DNA from: a virus | Lineage: Duplodnaviria; Caudoviricetes | Reading direction: 5' to 3' (one strand) | Virus record (IMG/VR): IMGVR_UViG_3300035701_002605 | Location: 1-58,261 of that record | Length of the DNA: 58,261 bases | In this document: positions 53,856-58,261 of the stretch, in pieces | Position numbering within the stretch: the stretch's first letter is position 1 | Layout: each line of letters starts with the position of its first letter | Translations under genes and position numbers: made by a program | Notes under the pieces: model-generated | The model's input: only the letters and a program-made list of their open reading frames with translations | Databases searched by the model: none | What the model was told of the DNA's origin: nothing

Positions 53856-54233
53856 TTACCATACGTCCACCGCCGGACCCGGCGGCGGGTGCATCCAGGG
53901 GGCGGCCCCTAGGCACCCTAGGTCCTCGGGCGTTAGCCCGAGCAGGGGATGGAGCCATGGGCAGAGCCGATGATCCCCCCAGACATGTCGGCGCATTAGC
54001 CAATAGCCTAGAGGCCCCCGCCAGCCCGCCACTAGGGCGGCGGCGGGCTCTAGCCCGCGCTCCCATTCGGCCATGATGCGCGCCAGGGCACCCGAAGGAG
54101 CCGCTATCGATCCGGCGTGGTCGGTGCGGGATGGACACGCCGGGCCGGTAGCGCCGGCGACGAGTCGGCTGCCACATTCGGCGCAGACGCGGGCGGCTGC
54201 CCACCTCTCTACGGCCCTGGCGCGGGTTATCAT
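53856..54233 (-). CDS. Hypothetical zinc-binding protein
   Basis: CAECG...CP...H; start directly after a promoter. Confidence 0.55.
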   Translation of the reverse strand: MITRARAVERWAAARVCAECGSRLVAGATGPACPSRTDHAGSIAAPSGALARIMAEWERGLEPAAALVAGWRGPLGYWLMRRHVWGDHRLCPWLHPLLGLTPEDLGCLGAAPWMHPPPGPAVDVW

Positions 54234-54242
54234 GGCGCCCAA

Positions 54243-54272
54243 ATTATAGCCGTAGCGGCCAGTCAGTGTCAA
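54243..54272 (-). promoter_or_regulatory. Consensus sigma70 promoter with operator-like palindrome
   Basis: TTGACA-N18-TATAAT; palindrome 54246-54262. Confidence 0.85.
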
Positions 54273-54460
54273 GCGTTCCGGGGCGACCTGCGTTGGAACA
54301 TGTGGCCGCAGCCACAGTGGGCCTTGGGCATGCGGAGTAGCTGCCCAACGTCGGGGTCCTGGACCATCACGAAGGAACGGGGCCGGCAGTCGTAGACGGC
54401 GCGCGTAACGGAGCCCACGATGCTGCGGTGCACGTTGCCCCGGTAGAACAGCCAGGTCAT
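54269..54460 (-). CDS. Hypothetical protein
   Basis: 63 aa; architecture resembles 22869..23078 (G...Y...V...DV..LL...C). Confidence 0.5.
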   Translation of the reverse strand: MTWLFYRGNVHRSIVGSVTRAVYDCRPRSFVMVQDPDVGQLLRMPKAHCGCGHMFQRRSPRNA

Positions 54461-54487
54461 GATCGGCGCCGGCTTACTACCGGGCCG

Positions 54488-55195
54488 CTAGACGGGTAGC
54501 GGCTGGTGCGCTAGGGCGTACAGATAGACGATCTGGCGGTAGAGGGTCGCCAGGTCGCCGGCTAGCAGGGCCGGTGTTAGCGCCCGGATCAGGGCTAGCA
54601 GTTGCTCAGGCGTACAGGTTGGCATGTAGGCGCGGACCCTCCTCTCGAAGGCTTGATCGTCGAACAGGACGCCGGGGTCGCTCTTGCCCCAGGTCCGCCC
54701 GTTGGCGGAGTGGTCGTGCCGGGCGATGCCTGGCGCCTCGTGGTTATCGCCGGAGACGTAGGGTAGGACCACCGGCGGGATGTTGTAGCGCCCGCAGTCC
54801 TTAGCGATCTCGCGGGCCGCCCGGTCAAGGGTCGCTTCCGTAAACGGCGTGTCGTTTGTCGGCTGGGCAAGCTCGTAGGAGATCGCCCAGGGGTCCATGT
54901 GGCCGGCACTCCATGTCGGGTGACAGTCGTCGGGTAGGCTGCGGCATAGCCGGCCATCGTGGCCGATCACCCGGTCTGACATGGAGCCCCACACGCTGCC
55001 GTCCGCTTCGACCACGCGGTTACTGGGCGACATCTGCCAGTTTAGCGTAGAGCCGTATTCCTGGGCCATGTGGCCCGGTATGCCCGAGCGCGTCGAGTGG
55101 ATGATGATGAGCCGGGGCGTATGCCAGCGCGGCGCCCACTTCCATGTATGTTGACGGAGGCGGTCAAATATGCTTTCATCCGGGGGGTAGGCCAC
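54488..55195 (-). CDS. Endolysin, N-acetylmuramoyl-L-alanine amidase (Amidase_2-like)
   Basis: LIIIHST, WSAG, ISYEL, RH, KSDPG. Confidence 0.88.
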   Translation of the reverse strand: MAYPPDESIFDRLRQHTWKWAPRWHTPRLIIIHSTRSGIPGHMAQEYGSTLNWQMSPSNRVVEADGSVWGSMSDRVIGHDGRLCRSLPDDCHPTWSAGHMDPWAISYELAQPTNDTPFTEATLDRAAREIAKDCGRYNIPPVVLPYVSGDNHEAPGIARHDHSANGRTWGKSDPGVLFDDQAFERRVRAYMPTCTPEQLLALIRALTPALLAGDLATLYRQIVYLYALAHQPLPV

Positions 55196-55200
55196 GACTA

Positions 55201-55677
55201 ATGCCTCCGACTAGCCGCCAGTATAAGCGGGAGTGGAACCAGCGGCACGCCGGTAAGTGCCTGGACTGCGGCGCGCCCCTAGGTGGCCCGGACTCGGCCC
55301 GATGCCGCTCCTGCTCGAAGAAAGGGGCCAGAAACCCCGCTTTCCATGGGGGCTCCGATACGTCCGGCAGGAAGCAGGCCCGCGCCATACTGGCGGCGGG
55401 GCCATGTGAACTATGCGGCGCGCGAGCAACCTATGTTCACCACAAGGACGAGGACCCCCAGAATAACGCCCCCGGTAACTTGCAGCGCCTTTGCCCGCCC
55501 TGCCATCGCCAGACCCATGATCGGAGGCCATGTAACATTCCCGGTTGCGACCGGCCCTCGTCCAGCCGCCAGGGCTGGTGTAGGCTGCACTATCGGCGGT
55601 GGAAGCGGAACGGCGATCCGTTAAAGCTACAGCGCCCAGCCTGGGACCTACGATCTCGTCCGGCGGGTACATGCTAG
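55201..55677 (+). CDS. HNH endonuclease (only credible plus-strand gene)
   Basis: CELCG...VHHKDEDPQNN...NLQRLC..CH...H; extra zinc-finger motifs; WCRLHYRRW. Confidence 0.9.
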   Translation: MPPTSRQYKREWNQRHAGKCLDCGAPLGGPDSARCRSCSKKGARNPAFHGGSDTSGRKQARAILAAGPCELCGARATYVHHKDEDPQNNAPGNLQRLCPPCHRQTHDRRPCNIPGCDRPSSSRQGWCRLHYRRWKRNGDPLKLQRPAWDLRSRPAGTC

Positions 55678-55871
55678 GGCTCGTGCGACGTTCTGGTTCG
55701 GTCGGTCAGGCGCCAGTAGCCGCCCCGCTGGCCCTTCGGCGGGGGCGGCATGACCTTCCCCTCGACGCACGTCCGCTGGTCGTGGGGCTCCTGCGACCAC
55801 GTGTACTGCCCCGATGCAGGGCAGACGTGGCCAGAGTGGAGCCGGAATAGCCTTGCCAGAAAGCCGAACAT
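55674..55871 (-). CDS. YjzC-like small protein
   Basis: SGHVCPASGQY...T...G..MPP......W. Confidence 0.7.
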   Translation of the reverse strand: MFGFLARLFRLHSGHVCPASGQYTWSQEPHDQRTCVEGKVMPPPPKGQRGGYWRLTDRTRTSHEP

Positions 55872-55982
55872 CGTGTGCCTCCTTCTAAGGACGCGCGCGT
55901 CGAAGCCGGCCGGCGAGAGCCAGTTGCGCCGGCTCAGGTCGGTGCTCCAATGCGGCGGCGCCCATCGTTCCACACATCGCCT

Positions 55983-56324
55983 TTAGGGTAGCACGCCCCG
56001 GTCTAGGCACCGGAGGGAGATGGTACCGTCGGCCCCCAGGTATTTGCTAGCGGCCGCCTGTACTAGCCGGGCCTCTAGGGGCCGGCAGGAGAACACATCG
56101 ACCCAGCCCCGGCCGTGCCGGCGGTCCAGATGGCCGGAGATGTGAGACTCGGCGATAAGCTGGTAGAACATGAGCACATCGCCCCGCTCGGCGACCTGGC
56201 GCTCGGCGATGGCCCGCAGGCCAGTGATGGCGATCGCCCGGTCGATGAAGGCGTTAGCGGCCTGGGCCGTCCAGCGCTTCCGGGCCGTCCGGGGCCGCGC
56301 CTCGATGTCGACCGTGACGTGCAC
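55983..56324 (-). CDS. speD: S-adenosylmethionine decarboxylase-family proenzyme
   Basis: QLIAESHIS.H (E/S autocleavage site), VDVFSC, DRG end. Confidence 0.85.
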   Translation of the reverse strand: MHVTVDIEARPRTARKRWTAQAANAFIDRAIAITGLRAIAERQVAERGDVLMFYQLIAESHISGHLDRRHGRGWVDVFSCRPLEARLVQAAASKYLGADGTISLRCLDRGVLP

Positions 56325-56515
56325 TAGACGCCGACCGAGTACCAGCCCCGGTCGCGCGCGTACTTATCCAGAGCCACTAGAACGGCGCCGATCAGGACCG
56401 CGATCTCCGGCTGGACCGGGAGGTCTCCGGTGTGGCCGATGGCCCAGGTGATCCCGGCACCGGCGCCCACCGCCAGGACTGTGCGAAGAAAGCGAACCAC
56501 CGCGCGTAGTAGCAT
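56324..56515 (-). CDS. Putative holin
   Basis: 63 aa, two hydrophobic helices, RFLRT...ALDKYAR, near the endolysin. Confidence 0.7.
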   Translation of the reverse strand: MLLRAVVRFLRTVLAVGAGAGITWAIGHTGDLPVQPEIAVLIGAVLVALDKYARDRGWYSVGV

Positions 56516-56826
56516 TAGCCACCTCCGAACACGACCTTTAGGGCGTCTGTGGCGCCCAAGACTCCGCTGCCGATGGCGATCCCTATCGCCATGGCTACGG
56601 CCAACTCGATCCGGCGGAGCCGGCCGTTGACCGCCACCTTTAGCTCCTTCATCTCCTTGGTCCCGGCCGCTACAGCCTGCACGGCCTCGGTGCGGATCAT
56701 CTCTGCCTGTTTCGGTATCGTTTCGGCGACGGCCTTCTTGATGTCCTGTAGTGTGCCATCCATGGAGCGGCAATGCTCCTCTACCGTCGCCATCCGCTCA
56801 CCTAGAGTCTGACACCGAGTCACCAT
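56515..56826 (-). CDS. Coiled-coil protein with C-terminal TM helix (lysis-associated)
   Basis: ERMATVE, VNGRLRRIE followed by a hydrophobic segment. Confidence 0.6.
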   Translation of the reverse strand: MVTRCQTLGERMATVEEHCRSMDGTLQDIKKAVAETIPKQAEMIRTEAVQAVAAGTKEMKELKVAVNGRLRRIELAVAMAIGIAIGSGVLGATDALKVVFGGG

Positions 56827-56842
56827 GCAGAGCCCTCCTAGC

Positions 56843-56853
56843 TTACGGTCGAC
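56843..56853 (-). promoter_or_regulatory. Putative late promoter box variant GTCGACCGTAA upstream of the lysis operon
   Basis: 9/11 match to the motif, just upstream of the RBS. Confidence 0.5.
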
Positions 56854-56856
56854 CGC

Positions 56857-57375
56857 CTAGCGGCCCATCGCCACGTGTAGCCGGCGGACCGCTGCTCGCC
56901 GCAGGTCCTTAGCCCTGCTCTTGCCGATACCCAGGAACCGGCCCACGTCAGACGCCGGCACACCGCCCACGTCGCGCAGCAACAGCGCCGCTCGCTCCCG
57001 GCCCGGAAGGCGAGAGATCGCCTGCATGAGCCCGCCGTCTAGGGCGAGTACGGCGGCGCGGTCCTCGATGTAGGCGGCGGCTTCCAACCCGACCTCTAGG
57101 GGCCGGGGCTGGCCATCGCGTAGCTGCCGACCGTGGCGCCGGCGGAGATCCACGGCCTGGCCCCACAAGCGGAGCCAGAGGTAGGTCGTGAACTTGGCGC
57201 CCCGGTCGGGGTCGAAGGTCTGCCGGGCCTCTAGGGCCACCAGGGTTAGCTCACTCAGCACATCGTCGCGGGCCAGGTAGCCGACGCCGTCCGCGATCCC
57301 GGCGCGGCGGGCCGCCGCCTCGATCATGCCCTGGACCTCGGGCGGGTCCACCAGCGGCCGGCGGCAAGTCTCCAC
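56857..57375 (-). CDS. Phage-encoded RNA polymerase sigma factor (FliA/WhiG-like, regions 2 and 4)
   Basis: FDPDRGAKFTTY..RLWG..VD..R; AISRLPGRER..L.L....G....DVGRFLGI. Confidence 0.85.
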   Translation of the reverse strand: METCRRPLVDPPEVQGMIEAAARRAGIADGVGYLARDDVLSELTLVALEARQTFDPDRGAKFTTYLWLRLWGQAVDLRRRHGRQLRDGQPRPLEVGLEAAAYIEDRAAVLALDGGLMQAISRLPGRERAALLLRDVGGVPASDVGRFLGIGKSRAKDLRRAAVRRLHVAMGR

Positions 57376-57383
57376 AGCGCCCC

Positions 57384-57935
57384 CTAGATCGCCAGCATAA
57401 TGCGGTGGGCGGCGATCGTCGTCAGGGCGCCGCCGGGCGTAAACGGGTCCGGTAGGGCGCCGTAGGCCTGGGCCACGGACCAGCCGGCGTGCGTGGTAAC
57501 GTCGGTTCCAGACGTATAGCCTAGCCACTGTAGCGACGACGTGGCCGTGAGCGCCCGGATGGTGGGAGTATCGTTGGCCAGGCAGGCCAGCCAGTACCAG
57601 CCGGCCGTTAGTTGCTGCGAGATCACGATCGTCTTGGCGCCGGTCGTGGCCCCGGAGACAACGCCGGCGTCCAGGACCAGGGCTCCCGGCGCGCCGCTGC
57701 TATCGCGGTAGATACCCAGGCGAAGGCTAGAGCCGGCCTTTAGAGTGGTGACCTCGATGGTGATCGACGTATAGGTGGCGGTCTCCGGCACTAGGAACGG
57801 GATGCCATAGAGGATGTTGGCCACCAGGGCTACGGTAGTGAAGGCGGTGGGTAGGGGCGAGCTATAGTAGCGGCCGGTAGCGTGGGGAACACCCGGCACG
57901 GCGCGCCCGATCGCGGGCCTAGAGTCAATTGACAT
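57384..57935 (-). CDS. Virion/tail-associated beta-sandwich protein, paralog of the junction-spanning gene
   Basis: ATGRYYSSPL, LRLGIY.DS.G.PG.LVLDAG, GWYWLA. Confidence 0.75.
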   Translation of the reverse strand: MSIDSRPAIGRAVPGVPHATGRYYSSPLPTAFTTVALVANILYGIPFLVPETATYTSITIEVTTLKAGSSLRLGIYRDSSGAPGALVLDAGVVSGATTGAKTIVISQQLTAGWYWLACLANDTPTIRALTATSSLQWLGYTSGTDVTTHAGWSVAQAYGALPDPFTPGGALTTIAAHRIMLAI

Positions 57936-57936
57936 G

Positions 57937-58261
57937 CTACACCCCCAACATCACCCTGGGCACGTTGGCCGAGCCTAGGGCGTTTTGCCCGGTTATTAAG
58001 GGGAAGACCGCCGGCAACCCGTCTACCGCAAACACAGGCGTAACCGAAGCGTCCGCCATGGCCGCGTAGTGAGTGCGCGGCGTATTGTCAACGAAGGAAA
58101 AGCCGCCCAGCATTAGGCTATGGGGCGAGCCGTTTACGGCGCGAACAGTAACGTCTAGCGACGTGGCCGTCGCCAGAAAATACCAGCCCTGGTGAAGGTA
58201 CTGGCTGATGGCGATCGACTGGAAGACCGGCACCGCTCCGGGGTCGCCGGCCACGGTGCCG
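57937..58261 (-). CDS. 3' part of the junction-spanning virion protein
   Basis: Same frame as 1..473 through the terminal overlap. Confidence 0.85.
   Translation of the reverse strand, partial: GTVAGDPGAVPVFQSIAISQYLHQGWYFLATATSLDVTVRAVNGSPHSLMLGGFSFVDNTPRTHYAAMADASVTPVFAVDGLPAVFPLITGQNALGSANVPRVMLGV
58070..58261. repeat. Terminal direct repeat / circular assembly overlap, right copy
   Basis: Matches 1-192 with one mismatch. Confidence 0.95.

Larger units (their letters stand above)
1..58261 (-). mobile_element. Complete circularly assembled tailed bacteriophage genome (siphovirus-like)
   Basis: Terminase, portal, capsid, neck, tail tube, tape measure and lysis genes in one orientation; terminal 192-bp overlap; no tail sheath recognised. 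Confidence 0.95.

Noticed and set aside
588-54804. Long plus-strand ORFs (for example 3307..4197, 7224..8159, 23593..24807)
   Set aside because: Antisense shadows of well-supported minus-strand genes in GC-rich DNA, without recognisable motifs
1-58261. TAG stop-codon reassignment suggested by abundant TAG/CTAG
   Set aside because: Genes are full length in the standard code and many end at TAG with tight junctions

Overview
The window appears to be one complete, circularly assembled genome of a high-GC tailed phage (siphovirus-type). Bases 1-192 repeat at 58070-58261 with one mismatch, and one gene runs across the junction. All credible genes are on the minus strand except one HNH endonuclease. 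The modules are: tail and neck (0.5-12.9 kb); six glycosyltransferases and four methyltransferases between neck and capsid genes (13.4-22.9 kb); capsid, ChaB-protease-scaffold and portal-MuF (23.8-30.8 kb); an accessory block with an adenine methylase and a stand-alone Cas7-like RAMP gene preceded by a ~530-bp hexamer-periodic array (32-35 kb); terminase, radical SAM, ParB-like and split HldE heptose kinase/nucleotidyltransferase genes (36.3-41.8 kb); early genes (XRE regulator, minimal PolX, DUF932, SbcCD, RecT-like); and a lysis module (amidase, holin, AdoMet decarboxylase) plus a FliA/WhiG-like sigma factor. Non-coding signals read from the sequence are about 12 sigma70-type promoters carrying the same CTAGCCG-N3-CGGCTAG palindrome, five GTCGACCATTA-type late promoter boxes, a 5 x 72-bp structured array, two hammerhead-like RNAs and a trinucleotide-arm cruciform. 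The best candidate for an undescribed system is the RAMP gene with its periodic array; next is the NDP-heptose and glycosylation machinery. I could not recognise an integrase, helicase, primase or replicative polymerase. The host is not determined; a high-GC peptidoglycan-containing bacterium is inferred. All family calls are from motif recognition by eye, not from searches.
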